Assembly (NCBI GenBank): GCA_963555995.3
Contig: OY821641.1
Location: forward strand, 1,536,001-1,600,000
DNA from: Vicinamibacteria bacterium
GTDB lineage: Bacteria > Acidobacteriota > Vicinamibacteria > Marinacidobacterales > Marinacidobacteraceae
Direction: 5' to 3'
DNA length: 64,000 bases
How positions within the stretch are numbered: the first letter of the stretch is position 1; each line of letters begins with the position of its first letter. A program made the translations under genes and the position numbers. The notes under the pieces were generated by a model. That model saw only the letters and a list, made by a program, of their open reading frames with translations. It ran no database searches and was not told the origin of the DNA. Positions 9,776-20,457 of this stretch are shown here, piece after piece.

Positions 9776-10975
9776 TCAGGAAAAGATGCGGTCGAAGAAG
9801 GACGACCGGGGTCTGTCCGCGCCGTCGCCGTTCGCTTCGGCGCTCGGGTGTATATCCGGTTCGCCGGGGCCGGGATGCCGACCGGCCGGCGCCGGCGAGG
9901 CTTCGGACGGCCGGTCGAACTCCTCGGCGAGCGCCTCGACCGCGGCCCGCGACCGATCGCTCAGTTTCCGCGGCACCTCGACGAGGATGCGCACCAGGTG
10001 ACTGCCACGCCCCCGGCTCCGCAGGGCAGGGAATCCCCTGTTCCGTAGGCGGAGGGTCGTGTGCGGCTGGGTGCCGGCGGGGACCCGCAGCGTTTCCTCC
10101 CCCCAGATGGTGGAGATCGGGATCTCGGTGCCCAGCACCGCCTGGGGAAAGCTGATGGTGGCTTCGCTGAGGACATCGCTGTCTTCGCGTCGCAGCCCCC
10201 GCCGGGGCCGGACGTGGACCCGTACGTAGAGATCACCGGGTGGTCCGCCGCGCGCGCCGGGTTCCCCCTCGCCCCGGACGCGCAACTGGTCCCCATCCGC
10301 GATCCCGGCGGGGAGTCGAACGGTGATCTCCCGTTCCCGCGGCGTTCTCCCGTTGCCGGCGCACTCCCGGCAGGGATCGCGAACGATCTTCCCGGTTCCG
10401 CCGCAGCCGGAACAGGTGCGGCTCATGACCATGAAGCCCCGTGAGAAGGTCTCCTGGCCGCGCCCACCGCACCTGCCGCAGAGGATCGGCTGCTTGCCGG
10501 CCTCGATGCCGCTTCCCCGGCAGGAGTCGCAGGGTTCCGCGCGGGAGACGAGGATCCGCTTGCGGTTCTCCTCCTTCGGCTCGTCGAACTCGATGCTCAG
10601 CTCGTACTGGATGTCGCGTCCGCGGGCGGGGCCGTGCCGGTCTCCGCCCCCGAACAGGTCGCCGAACAGGTCGAAACCGCTGCCGCGGAAGAGATCCTGG
10701 AAGTCCGCAAAGATCTCGCTGTTCACCGGCTGTCCGGCGCCGCCGACTCCGGCGTGGCCGAAACGGTCGTAACGGGACCGCTTCTCCGGGTCGCCAAGGA
10801 CGCCGTAGGCCTCGGAGGCCTCCTTGAACTGCTCCTCCGCGGACTTGTCGCCCGGGTTGCGGTCGGGGTGATGCCGGACCGCGAGCTTGCGGTAGGCCTT
10901 CTTGATCTCGTCCGAACTCGCGTCCCGGCCGACGCCGAGGACGTCGTAGTAGTCGCGCTGTGCAGTGCCGGGCAT
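9776..10975 (-). CDS. dnaJ: Chaperone DnaJ
   Basis: J-domain with HPD, G/F region, four CxxCxGxG zinc motifs. Confidence 0.97.
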   Translation of the reverse strand: MPGTAQRDYYDVLGVGRDASSDEIKKAYRKLAVRHHPDRNPGDKSAEEQFKEASEAYGVLGDPEKRSRYDRFGHAGVGGAGQPVNSEIFADFQDLFRGSGFDLFGDLFGGGDRHGPARGRDIQYELSIEFDEPKEENRKRILVSRAEPCDSCRGSGIEAGKQPILCGRCGGRGQETFSRGFMVMSRTCSGCGGTGKIVRDPCRECAGNGRTPREREITVRLPAGIADGDQLRVRGEGEPGARGGPPGDLYVRVHVRPRRGLRREDSDVLSEATISFPQAVLGTEIPISTIWGEETLRVPAGTQPHTTLRLRNRGFPALRSRGRGSHLVRILVEVPRKLSDRSRAAVEALAEEFDRPSEASPAPAGRHPGPGEPDIHPSAEANGDGADRPRSSFFDRIFS

Positions 10976-10983
10976 CGAATGGA

Positions 10984-11727
10984 TCAGGCGGACAGCGGTT
11001 CGGAGTCGGATCCCGGCGCCGCGGGACCCTTGGTCGATGATCCTTCGTCACCCGGGGCGTCCCCGTCCGCTTCGGTTCCCCCGGAAGGTTCCGCCGGCTC
11101 GGGAGGCGCGCCCGCCACGATCACGGTGGCCGGACGGATCACGCGGCCGTCGAGGAGGTATCCGCGGCGCAACACCTCGGTTACGTCGCCCTCGCGTTGC
11201 CCCGGCCCGGCCGGGATCTCCTGCACCGCCTCGTGCAGGCGGGGATCGAACGGAGCGCCGTCCGCCTCGATCTCGAGGAGTCCCTGGCGCTTCAGCGTCT
11301 CCCGGAAACGGCGGAGCACCAGGCGAAGTCCCTCGGAGAGCCCCCGGACCACGTTCCCCGCCGGATCGTCGTCGCCGTTGCCGTCCCAGCGCTCGGTCGT
11401 CCGTTCCACCTCGAGAGCGGCGCGCTGGAGGTCGTCCAATACGGGCAGCAGGGCCGAGCAGACCTCCTCGGTGGCGCGCGAGCGGAACTCGGCCCGCTCG
11501 TTCCGGGCTCTGCGGCGCACGTTCGCGAGGTCCGCCTGCGCCCGCCGGGCGAGGTCCTTGGCGTCCGTGAGTTCCTGATGGAGGGCGGCGATCCGGCGCT
11601 CCTGATCCTCGGCGCCGGCAAGCTCCGCCGCCTCCGGCAGGTCCGTGGAATCCCCGTCCGCGGCGCCGTTCGCCCCGGGGGCTTCCGCGAGCGGCTCGGG
11701 TGGTTCTCCCTGTGAAGAATCGTTCAT
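10984..11727 (-). CDS. grpE: Nucleotide exchange factor GrpE
   Basis: [43 protein letters not shown]; SD AGGAG 6 nt before ATG 11727. Confidence 0.95.
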   Translation of the reverse strand: MNDSSQGEPPEPLAEAPGANGAADGDSTDLPEAAELAGAEDQERRIAALHQELTDAKDLARRAQADLANVRRRARNERAEFRSRATEEVCSALLPVLDDLQRAALEVERTTERWDGNGDDDPAGNVVRGLSEGLRLVLRRFRETLKRQGLLEIEADGAPFDPRLHEAVQEIPAGPGQREGDVTEVLRRGYLLDGRVIRPATVIVAGAPPEPAEPSGGTEADGDAPGDEGSSTKGPAAPGSDSEPLSA

Positions 11728-11762
11728 CAATCACTCCTGAAGATCGGTCGGAAACGCGGAAA

Positions 11763-12506
11763 TCAAATTAGCACGCGGCAAGTCGGGTCCCGGCGGAACG
11801 CGGTGTCCAGCGCGGCGGCCACGTCGGCAACGGAGGGCGGCGCGTTCGCCGGACCGAGCGGCGCGAGTTCCAGGAGGCCGACGGCGTCCACGGGGGAGTC
11901 GGCGGGGAGCCCGGCGAGCGAGTTCGTGAGGGCGCGGTCCACCGTCCAGGGGATCGAACCGTGCTGGAGAAAAGCGCCCCGGCGCCAGCGTTGGGCCCCC
12001 GCCACCAGCTTGTGGCCGCGGGCGGTGATCTCGTGGCCGGTAGCCACGGCTTGACAGGGCAGCCGGGGCGGGGCGGCGTCGCGGGGCAGGGCGCCGGCCG
12101 GCGGAGGATCGAGGCGAACGAAACGGGAGAGGGCCTTCCAGATGGAGCCCATGACCCGGAAGTACGCCGCCCGGACCCCCGGAGCCCAGCCGCGGGGCGC
12201 CGCGAAGGCATAGGTGAGTTCGTCCGGGAGGTGGAGGAGCGCCCTGCCTCCGGTGGGACGGCGGACCCACGGGATGCCGGAACTGGCGAGCGCCTCCGGA
12301 TCGGTGGCGTCCCCGGCGGTCTGTCCGTGTCCGAGCGTCAGCGTCGGACGGGACCAGCGATAGAGGCGCAGGGCCGGAGGCGCGCCCGCGGCGGCTTCCG
12401 TGAGGAGTGTCCGGTCCCGCCGCATGTTCACCGGCCCCTCGGCGGGGACCGTCCAGTCCGCGAACAGGCGCAGCCCTCCGCCGGATGCGGCAGCGGTGAC
12501 GTTCAC
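11763..12506 (-). CDS. Lipoate-protein ligase A family / LipM-like octanoyltransferase
   Basis: NMRRDRTLL, LRLYRWSRPTLTLGHGQ, VRRPTGGRALLH, KLVAGAQR, LQHGSI. Confidence 0.85.
   Translation of the reverse strand: MNVTAAASGGGLRLFADWTVPAEGPVNMRRDRTLLTEAAAGAPPALRLYRWSRPTLTLGHGQTAGDATDPEALASSGIPWVRRPTGGRALLHLPDELTYAFAAPRGWAPGVRAAYFRVMGSIWKALSRFVRLDPPPAGALPRDAAPPRLPCQAVATGHEITARGHKLVAGAQRWRRGAFLQHGSIPWTVDRALTNSLAGLPADSPVDAVGLLELAPLGPANAPPSVADVAAALDTAFRRDPTCRVLI
11766..11776 (-). promoter_or_regulatory. Extended -10 (TGCTAATTT) or CIRCE half-site upstream of grpE
   Basis: Minus strand reads GCGTGCTAATTT; resembles the CIRCE right arm GAGTGCTAA but the left arm is missing. Confidence 0.35.
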
Positions 12507-12540
12507 CTTCCTCTTCGCCGTCCCGTCCCGTTCCGGCGGC

Positions 12541-13652
<1,112 letters not shown>

Positions 13653-13656
<4 letters not shown>

Positions 13657-14090
13657 GCAGCTTTCTCGTCCTTCGGTGCTTTCTTCTCCGGCTTCGGTTC
13701 CGGCTTGCTGCGGCGCCGCACGGTCCCCTCGAAGGTGGCTCCCGCATGGACGACCACCGTGGCGGCGAGGATTCCTCCGGTAAGGACTCCCGACGCCCCG
13801 ATTTCCGCCTTCTCGACCGCTTCCACGTCGCCGGTGACCCGGCCATGAATGGTCACGTTCCGGGCCAGGAGGTTGGCTTCGACCTGGCCGCCCTCCGGAA
13901 TCAGCACCGCGGCGGTGCTTTCCACCGAGCCCTTGAGGCGACCCTGGATGCAGATGTCCTCCCGGGTCGTGATCTTGCCTTCGACGAGGGTGTCCTGCCC
14001 GATCCAGGTCGAGCGGGCGCCCCGTTCGGGAGCGGGAGGCGCTTCGGTCATGAATGCCTCGTCTTCATTGGTGCGACGGAATATGGCCAT
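13653..14090 (-). CDS. Bactofilin (polymer-forming cytoskeletal protein)
   Basis: [14 protein letters not shown]...IQGRLKGSV...[11 protein letters not shown] beta-helix pattern; start at ATG 14090; ATGA overlap with ald. Confidence 0.88.
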
Positions 14091-14120
14091 GGGACGGAAC
14101 GGAACAAGGAAACAGAACGG

Positions 14121-14193
14121 AGCGGGCGACGGGGCTCGAACCCGCGACACCGAGCTTGGGAAGCTCGTACTCTGCCAACTGAGATACGCCCGC
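14121..14193 (-). tRNA. tRNA-Gly (CCC)
   Basis: GCGGGCG/CGCCCGC acceptor stem, CGAGC-TTCCCAA-GCTCG anticodon arm, GTTCGAG T-loop, U73 discriminator; followed by CCG, so CCA is not fully encoded. Confidence 0.95.
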
Positions 14194-14249
14194 CCGGGGC
14201 CGGGGATTCTACTCGGCAGCGACCGGCCGCATGGGCGCAATCCGGGGCG

Positions 14250-14312
14250 ATGCTGGCGCAGACGGCGGTCATCGTCGGATTCGTCGTCGGCGTCGCGTCC
14301 CTCCTGAAGTAG
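14250..14312 (+). other. 20-aa hydrophobic small ORF or gene remnant
   Basis: MLAQTAVIVGFVVGVASLLK*, a single TM-like segment between tRNA-Gly and PMM. Confidence 0.3.
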
Positions 14313-14339
14313 CCGCTTCCGCCCGCCCGCGCGGGCGTT

Positions 14340-15713
14340 TCAGCGCAGGCTCTCCAGCAGCGCCAGGATTTCGTCGCGGCGGGTTTCGGCCAGTCCCTCG
14401 CGGTACGCCTCGAGGGTCAGCCGCATCACGGGCTCGGTGTTCGACGGCCGGAGGGTGAAGCGCCAATCCGGGAAATCAACCGCGAGTCCGTCCAGCGTGT
14501 TCACCTCCCCGCCCGGAAAGCTCGCGCGCACCAGGCGGAAGGCGGCGGCCGGGTCAGGGACGACCCGGCTCTCCTCGTCCACCGTGAAGTAGCGCCGGCG
14601 CAGATCCCCCGCCAGTTCGGAGAGCGGCCTTCCCGAGTCGCGGATCCTCTCGATCATCAGCAGGATGGGCAGCAGGGCGTTGTCCGCGTAGCCGGCGGCC
14701 CGAAAGAAGAAGTGACCGCTGAGTTCGCCGCCGAATCGCGCGTCCTCCTGCCGCATCCGCCGCTTCAGGTAGGCGTGTCCCACCCGGCCGGCGCGCGGCA
14801 GGCCCCCGGCCCGCGTCACTTCGTCCGGCACCGCCCGCGAGGACCGCAGGTCGAAAACGATCGGAGTGCCCGGTTCCTTGGCGATCTCGGCCGGCGCCAG
14901 GAGGGCCGTCGTGAAGTCTCCGGGGATGTGCAGTCCCCGGTCGTCCACGAACACGCACCGGTCCGCATCCCCGTCCCAGAGGACGCCGAAGTCGGCTTCC
15001 TCTTCGAGGACCCGGCGCACGAGGGGCTCCCGGTTCCGGGGATCGAGGGGGTTGGCGCCGCGGCTCGGGAAGGCGCCGTCGGGCCGGAACTCCACCGCGA
15101 GAAACTCGCCGGGAACCGTGGAGAACACCTCGGCCGCCATGAGTCCCCCCATGCCGTGGCCGGCGTCGAGCACCACGCGGAGCGCCGGCAGGGAGCGGAA
15201 GTCCACGACGCTCGCGAGGAACGCCCGGTAGTGGGCGGCGATCTCGCGCGGCGGCCGGGTATCCGGGGTCGGCGGCAAGTTCTCCGGCGGGTCGGGAACC
15301 TCGTCCACCAGCCGGCGCACTTCCGGCAACCCGTTCTCCTGGAACACGGGCGCCGCATCGCGTTCGACGAGCTTGATGCCGTTGTCCCCGGGGGGGTTGT
15401 GGGAGGCCGTGATCACCGCGCCGCCGTCCAGGCGGTCATGCCGGACGGCGAACCACATTGCGTCGGTCGGCAGCATCCCGTAGTCGAAGATTTCGACGTT
15501 CGGCCCTTCGAGACCGGCGGCGAACGCCCCGGCGAGCGCCGGGCTGGTTAGCCGGGCGTCGCGGGCGATGCCGATCCGCCCGCCCCCGAGCCAGGTGGCG
15601 AACGCGCGGCCGACGCGCCACGCCAGGGCCGGAGACAGGGGCGCGGGCGCCGTCCCGCGGATGTCGTAGGCCTTGAACAGCCCGGCTTCGCCGGCGTTCA
15701 GTCGTCGAGCCAT
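14340..15713 (-). CDS. Phosphomannomutase/phosphoglucomutase
   Basis: FKAYDIRG, ITASHNP, DGDADR, GGELSGH, RPSNTEP; start ATG 15713. Confidence 0.94.
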   Translation of the reverse strand: MARRLNAGEAGLFKAYDIRGTAPAPLSPALAWRVGRAFATWLGGGRIGIARDARLTSPALAGAFAAGLEGPNVEIFDYGMLPTDAMWFAVRHDRLDGGAVITASHNPPGDNGIKLVERDAAPVFQENGLPEVRRLVDEVPDPPENLPPTPDTRPPREIAAHYRAFLASVVDFRSLPALRVVLDAGHGMGGLMAAEVFSTVPGEFLAVEFRPDGAFPSRGANPLDPRNREPLVRRVLEEEADFGVLWDGDADRCVFVDDRGLHIPGDFTTALLAPAEIAKEPGTPIVFDLRSSRAVPDEVTRAGGLPRAGRVGHAYLKRRMRQEDARFGGELSGHFFFRAAGYADNALLPILLMIERIRDSGRPLSELAGDLRRRYFTVDEESRVVPDPAAAFRLVRASFPGGEVNTLDGLAVDFPDWRFTLRPSNTEPVMRLTLEAYREGLAETRRDEILALLESLR

Positions 15714-16774
15714 GGAACCGTGCTGTGGGCGGCGACCGTGCTCTTGTCGCCGAGGACCGCTCCCGAGAGCCGGGCTCCCGGGCCCACGAAGCTGCTGACT
15801 CCGACAATCGTGCCCGACACCGCCGCTTCCTCGCTGATGCGGGTGTGCGCCCACAGGATCGAGTCCTTCACCCGGGCGCCCTTCTCGACCCGAACCTGGC
15901 GCCCGAGCACCGCGTAGGGACCGATTTCGGCCCCTTCGCGAACCTGTGCCCCGGGGCCCACGAGCGATGGGCCCACGAGGCGGGCGCGCGGGTGGACGGA
16001 GGCGGTTTCGTCCACGATGACTCCCCCTGGATTGGGCCGCCCCACTCCCGGAATCCGTATCTTGCCGTCGAGGGCGTCCCGGTGGGCCTGCCGGTAGCGC
16101 GAAGGAACGCCGATATCCGTGAAGTAGCCCTCGTGCCGGTGCGCCGCGACCGGACGGCCGGCCGCCAGCACGGCGGGGAAGACCTCGTGTTCGAGCGAGC
16201 ACGCGCCCCGGCCGGGGACGAACTCGAAGATGCCCGGATCCATGACGTAGGCGCCGATGCTGATCTCGCCCGATCCCGGCGAATCCGGCTTCTCGGTGAA
16301 GTCGAGGACACGGCGGGTCTCCCCGGCCCGGGACGCTTCGGTCCGGACCATTCCGTAGGGCGAACCGTCGGCCACCGGCGTCAGCGCGAGCGTGAGCAGG
16401 GCGCCGGCGGATTCGTGGCTCCGGACGAGCGCGCGAAGGTCGAGATCGGTCAGCGAGTCGCCGTTCAGGCACACGAAGGGTTCGGAGAGCAGGGACCTCA
16501 CGTGTCCGATGGCGCCACCCGTACCGAGGGGCTTCGGCTCCACCGAGTATCGGAGAGAAACGCCGAACGCGTTCCCGTCCCCGAAGGTGGCCTCGATCCG
16601 CCGGGGGAGCGAGGCCAGGCAGAGAATGACGTCGCTGATTCCCGCGCGCCGGAGCAGTTCGAACTGGGTTGCGAGGAAGGGACGGCCAAGGAGAGGGACG
16701 ATCGCCTTGGGACGGCGGAACGTGAGGGGGCGCAGCCGCAGCGCTTTTCCCCCGATGAGAATGACCGCCTTCAT
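15698..16774 (-). CDS. Mannose-1-phosphate guanylyltransferase-like NDP-sugar synthase
   Basis: KAVILIGGKALRLRPLT..PK, EPKPLGTGGA, NGD, EKP; C-terminal hexapeptide beta-helix. Confidence 0.88.
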   Translation of the reverse strand: MKAVILIGGKALRLRPLTFRRPKAIVPLLGRPFLATQFELLRRAGISDVILCLASLPRRIEATFGDGNAFGVSLRYSVEPKPLGTGGAIGHVRSLLSEPFVCLNGDSLTDLDLRALVRSHESAGALLTLALTPVADGSPYGMVRTEASRAGETRRVLDFTEKPDSPGSGEISIGAYVMDPGIFEFVPGRGACSLEHEVFPAVLAAGRPVAAHRHEGYFTDIGVPSRYRQAHRDALDGKIRIPGVGRPNPGGVIVDETASVHPRARLVGPSLVGPGAQVREGAEIGPYAVLGRQVRVEKGARVKDSILWAHTRISEEAAVSGTIVGVSSFVGPGARLSGAVLGDKSTVAAHSTVPWLDD

Positions 16775-16879
16775 CGAACAGTCGGACAGGATACTGCCCC
16801 GGGGCTCCGGCGGCCCGCTGCTGATAGCATCCCGTTCCGCGCTGCGGGCGCGGAGAATTCCTTCGAACGTGTACCGGAG

Positions 16880-17413
16880 ATGAGCGTTGCGAACCGCCTC
16901 ACGCTACTGCGGATTCTGCTGACGCCGCTGGTGGCGGCGGCTCTGCTCGCCTCGTTCCCCGGCTGGCAGCTCGTGAGCGCGGGTCTCGTGGCCGGCGGGG
17001 CGCTCACCGATCTGCTCGACGGGCATATCGCCCGCCGCCGGAACCAGATCACGGCGCTCGGAACCCTGCTGGACCCGATCGCGGACAAGTTCTTCATTTC
17101 CACGATCTTCATCTGCCTGGTGGCTCGGGGGCTCTGTCCCGCCTGGGTCGCGATCGTGATCGTGGGACGGGAGTTCGCGGTGACGGCGCTCCGGATGGTG
17201 GCGCTCCAGCGGGGGAGCAGCGTGCCGGTCAATCTGCTCGGGAAGATCAAGATGCACGCTCAGGTGTACGCCGCCCTCCTGGTGCTCGCCGGCGCCTTCT
17301 ATGAGGTGCTGGCTCCCTTCGGGGCGCCGGGTCTCTGGATCGCGGCTCTCCTTACCGCGTGGTCCGGCTTCTCCTACTTCGCCGGAGCGCGAAGCGTCGC
17401 GCTCTCTGGCTGA
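16880..17413 (+). CDS. pgsA: CDP-diacylglycerol--glycerol-3-phosphate 3-phosphatidyltransferase
   Basis: NRLTLLRI, TDLLDGHIARRRNQITALGTLLDPIADK, REFAVTALR, GKIK. Confidence 0.88.
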   Translation: MSVANRLTLLRILLTPLVAAALLASFPGWQLVSAGLVAGGALTDLLDGHIARRRNQITALGTLLDPIADKFFISTIFICLVARGLCPAWVAIVIVGREFAVTALRMVALQRGSSVPVNLLGKIKMHAQVYAALLVLAGAFYEVLAPFGAPGLWIAALLTAWSGFSYFAGARSVALSG

Positions 17414-17429
17414 CCCGAGCGCCGGCGGG

Positions 17430-17897
17430 GTGAGTCCGGCCCCGCGTCGCCTCGTGCACGCACTGCCCGAAGTGTTCCTGGGCGCGGACGCCGTGGCCGG
17501 TCTGGATGGGTCCCGGGGGTTCCTGGTGGGAGAGAAACGCCACCGCCAGGTGGATGTCCTGGGGTTCGAACCGGCAGCCGGGGCGGCGCGAGGTTCGCGG
17601 GCGCTCGCAGTTCTGGTGCAGGGCAGACTCGACCGGTCCGAGATTCAGGGATGGCGCATCGTCGGGGTGGCGGTGGCGATGGCGGACATCGAACGTGGCG
17701 GGGAAACGCTGCTGGAGGGCCTGGTGGCGGGTGATGTCGTGATTGCCGCCGGCGCTGCCGGCCCCGGTCGGCGGCCGGCACTCAGGATCCTGGTCCATCG
17801 GGGAGACTGCCTGACGGAGTTGAGGAACCCGTCCCGCTCCAACTCGGAGCGCCGGCCTCCGGCGGGCATCACCGAGCGCGGCGAGGCGAAACGCTGA
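17430..17897 (+). CDS. Hypothetical protein (possibly degenerate MPN/JAB-like fold)
   Basis: In-frame GTG 17430 after pgsA; GFLVGE..VDVLGFEP..GWRIVG pattern; no JAMM HxH. Confidence 0.45.
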   Translation: MSPAPRRLVHALPEVFLGADAVAGLDGSRGFLVGEKRHRQVDVLGFEPAAGAARGSRALAVLVQGRLDRSEIQGWRIVGVAVAMADIERGGETLLEGLVAGDVVIAAGAAGPGRRPALRILVHRGDCLTELRNPSRSNSERRPPAGITERGEAKR

Positions 17898-17901
17898 CGA
17901 C

Positions 17902-18086
17902 TAACAGCCGGTGGTGAAACCCACGTGAGCGCCGAGAGTGGCGAGGCGCCCGACTGACAAGGCGCGTGAGGGAGGAATACCGGGTGTATTCCGACCGAAA
18001 CGCAACGCAGAGCGGCTCGGAGAGGCGCGGTTCAGGCGGGATGCATCGCCGCTCGAACGCCGCGAGGGTTTTGCCACAGGCTGTTA
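17902..18086 (+). mobile_element. 181-bp TA-flanked palindromic MITE-like element, copy 1
   Basis: TA-ACAGCCGGTGG...CCACAGGCTGT-TA; same length and core as 44124-44308 (inverted) and 48790-48974; right end contains the bamD TAA stop. Confidence 0.85.
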
Positions 18087-18890
18087 AGTGCGGGCGAGAA
18101 TCTCCCGAATCCGTTCGCGGGCCGCTTCCGTGAAGGGGCTCCCGGAGTGCTCTTCCACGATCTTCTGGTAGTGGACCAGCGCCTCCTGTTCGCGGCCGCA
18201 CTCGGTGAGCGCCCGGCCCAGCCGGTGGCGGACCTCGGCGAGGCGGTCGAATTCGGGGTAGTTCGTCAGGATCTCCTCGAGCCGGGGAATGGCGCCCCGG
18301 CACCAATTCCGGTGGTCCTGGTAGAACTCCGCCTTCAGCAGCACGGAGGTGGCGAGGTCGTTCCGGCAGTCCACGAGGTGGCCCCGCGCCTCTTCCGCAT
18401 AGCGGGAGTTGGGGTAGAGCTCGAGCAGCTTCTCGAACTCGGTCGCCGCCAGTTCGGTGTCTTCCTGATCCCGGTCGGCGCTGCGGCGCCGCTTGAAGTG
18501 CCCGAACGCGATCTGGAACTGCGCGTAGTCCGCTCGCGGATGGTTCGGGAAAAAGGTGAGGTAGTCCCGGTACTCGGTGGCCGCCAACAGCGCGTTCTGG
18601 GCGCCGCGCTGGTTGTTGTAGGTGTCTGCGATCCCGAGACGGGCATCCCCGGCGAACTGGCTGCGCGGGTAGCTGTCGAGCAACTGGCGAAACCAGGTGC
18701 GGGCTGTCTCCCAATCGCGGTCCTCGAGGCTCTGCTGCCCGAGCGCCAGCAGCCGCCGGTCGGCCTGCGCTCCGGTCGGAACCTCCGCCAGCGGCCCGGA
18801 ACTGCACGCGAGAGCCGCCAGGACGACGGCTCCCGCCAGGGCGGGGGTCAGGGAGGTCCGGCGGACGGAACCGGCGGGGTCAGGAACCAT
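18084..18890 (-). CDS. bamD: Outer membrane protein assembly factor BamD
   Basis: Lipobox LAC; TPR-like YPRSQFA, FPNHPRADYAQFQIA, DRDQEDT, YPNSRYA. Confidence 0.9.
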   Translation of the reverse strand: MVPDPAGSVRRTSLTPALAGAVVLAALACSSGPLAEVPTGAQADRRLLALGQQSLEDRDWETARTWFRQLLDSYPRSQFAGDARLGIADTYNNQRGAQNALLAATEYRDYLTFFPNHPRADYAQFQIAFGHFKRRRSADRDQEDTELAATEFEKLLELYPNSRYAEEARGHLVDCRNDLATSVLLKAEFYQDHRNWCRGAIPRLEEILTNYPEFDRLAEVRHRLGRALTECGREQEALVHYQKIVEEHSGSPFTEAARERIREILART

Positions 18891-18925
18891 GCAACACAGT
18901 GGAAGGGCCGCAGCCGACGAAATGC

Positions 18926-18945
18926 TAGCAACCTGTGGACGAAGT
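18926..18945. repeat. Solo terminal fragment of the 181-bp element
   Basis: TAGCAACCTGTGGACGAAGT versus copy-3 end TAGCAGCCTGTGGATGAAGT. Confidence 0.6.
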
Positions 18946-19589
18946 CACGCCGCGAGCATCTCCCGAACCGCCGCGGCGGGATCGGCCGCCCCGAACACCG
19001 CCGATCCCGCCACCAGCACGTCGGCTCCCGCGTCGCGGGCCGCTGCCACCCGGGAGGCGTTGATTCCGCCGTCCACCACGATTTCGAGGGATGGGTTGCG
19101 TCGTTCCGCGAGGCTCCGGACCTGGCGGACGCGGTCCATGCTGCCTTCGATGAAGCGCTGCCCACCCCACCCCGGGTTGACGGACATGACGATCACGTAG
19201 TCCACGGCCGCCAGCGCCTCCTCGAGCGATGCCAGCGGGGAGAGCGGGTTCAGGGCCAGTCCGGGCCGGACGTCGAGGGAGCGGAGGTCGGAAACCGTCT
19301 TGTGGAGATGGGGCACGGCCTCCGGATGCACCGCGATCGCATCCGCGCCCGCTTCCGCGTAGGCCGCGATGTGTTCCGGGGCGTTCTCGATCATCAGGTG
19401 GGCGTCGAGCGGCAGGTCCGTGCAGCGGCGGACCGCCGCCACCACCATCGGCCCGAAGGTCAGGTTGGGGACGTAGTGCCCATCCATGACGTCGAGGTGC
19501 AACCCGTGCGCCCCGGCCTCTTCCACCGTCCGGATCTCTTCCGCCAGCCGCGTGAAGTCGGCGGAGAGCAGCGAGGGAGTGAGCCGCAT
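18945..19589 (-). CDS. rpe: Ribulose-phosphate 3-epimerase
   Basis: PSLLSADF, HLDVMDGHYVPNLTFG, DAHLMI, MSVNPGWGGQ, VDGGIN. Confidence 0.97.
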   Translation of the reverse strand: MRLTPSLLSADFTRLAEEIRTVEEAGAHGLHLDVMDGHYVPNLTFGPMVVAAVRRCTDLPLDAHLMIENAPEHIAAYAEAGADAIAVHPEAVPHLHKTVSDLRSLDVRPGLALNPLSPLASLEEALAAVDYVIVMSVNPGWGGQRFIEGSMDRVRQVRSLAERRNPSLEIVVDGGINASRVAAARDAGADVLVAGSAVFGAADPAAAVREMLAA

Positions 19590-19602
19590 CCGATGCGTGA
19601 AT

Positions 19603-20367
19603 TTACCGGCTCAGGGTGAGCACGATCCGGTCGGTACGGCTTACCTTGGCGCCCGCCGCGGGCACCTGGTCCACGACGATGCCCGCCGGAACCCCCCGGT
19701 AGGGGACGCTCCGGACATCGCGCACGCGGACGGCGCTCCGGCTCAGGTCATCGGCGATCTCCCCGTAGCGGCGGCCGATGAAATCCGGCATGACGAAGGA
19801 CTCGGGCTCCGATCCGGCGGAGAGGAGCACCGAGACCGACGTGTCGGGAACCGTCTCGCTGTAGGCGACCGGGGACTGGGCGATGACCCGGCCGGCGAGA
19901 TAGGTGTCGCTCTCCACCTCGGCCACGCGGCCCACGGCGAGTTCGGCGGCTTCGAGCTGCCGCCGGGCTTCGGTGAGGGTACTGCCCTCGAGCCGCGGAA
20001 CGACTCGTCGGGTGGGCCCGAGGCTCCGGAACACCTGGACGGAACGCCCGCGTTTGAAGAACGATCCCGGAGGGGGTTCCTGGAAGACGATGCGGCCTTC
20101 CGGAACGTGGTCATCGAAACGGGCCTGGCCCTCCGCGAGCCGCAGCCCCACGCTGCCGAGCACGGCTTCGGCGGCCGCCACTTCGAGGCCGGTGAGATCC
20201 GGGACGGTGGGGTCCGCGGCGGAGGAGGCAACCAGGAAGGTCGCCGCGGCGGCGAAGGCGAAGGTGGCGCCGAGCAGCGACCCGATCAGGAGGTAGTAGA
20301 GACCGCGCGACAGGCGTGAGGTGGAGGGTTTCCCGCCGCGCGCCCAGCGGATCCGGAGACTGCCCAA
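19603..20367 (-). CDS. Membrane-anchored PASTA-domain protein (three PASTA repeats, no kinase)
   Basis: One TM helix, then three VPDLTG / VPRLEG / MPDFIG ... Q.P..G repeats. Confidence 0.85.
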   Translation of the reverse strand: MGSLRIRWARGGKPSTSRLSRGLYYLLIGSLLGATFAFAAAATFLVASSAADPTVPDLTGLEVAAAEAVLGSVGLRLAEGQARFDDHVPEGRIVFQEPPPGSFFKRGRSVQVFRSLGPTRRVVPRLEGSTLTEARRQLEAAELAVGRVAEVESDTYLAGRVIAQSPVAYSETVPDTSVSVLLSAGSEPESFVMPDFIGRRYGEIADDLSRSAVRVRDVRSVPYRGVPAGIVVDQVPAAGAKVSRTDRIVLTLSR

Positions 20368-20457
20368 GGTGTCGGTACCTGCCGGAAGTGTAGTGTCGCC
20401 GGGGGTTCCGCGAACGGACCGCGCGCTGGCTCGGGCGGCCGCCCGGTTCGGACTCCC

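Noticed and set aside
14100-14121. Integrative element at the tRNA-Gly 3' end
   Set aside because: No integrase and no duplicated tRNA 3' end seen in the window.
17954-18003. Hammerhead ribozyme core (CTGA...GAAA) inside the element
   Set aside because: CTGACAA is not CUGANGA and the stems do not form the required three-way junction.
17898-18090. Integron attC site (TAAC...GTTA palindrome at a stop codon)
   Set aside because: Longer than typical attC sites; copy 3 has AGC/GCT instead of AAC/GTT; neighbours are housekeeping genes; no integrase or cassette array.
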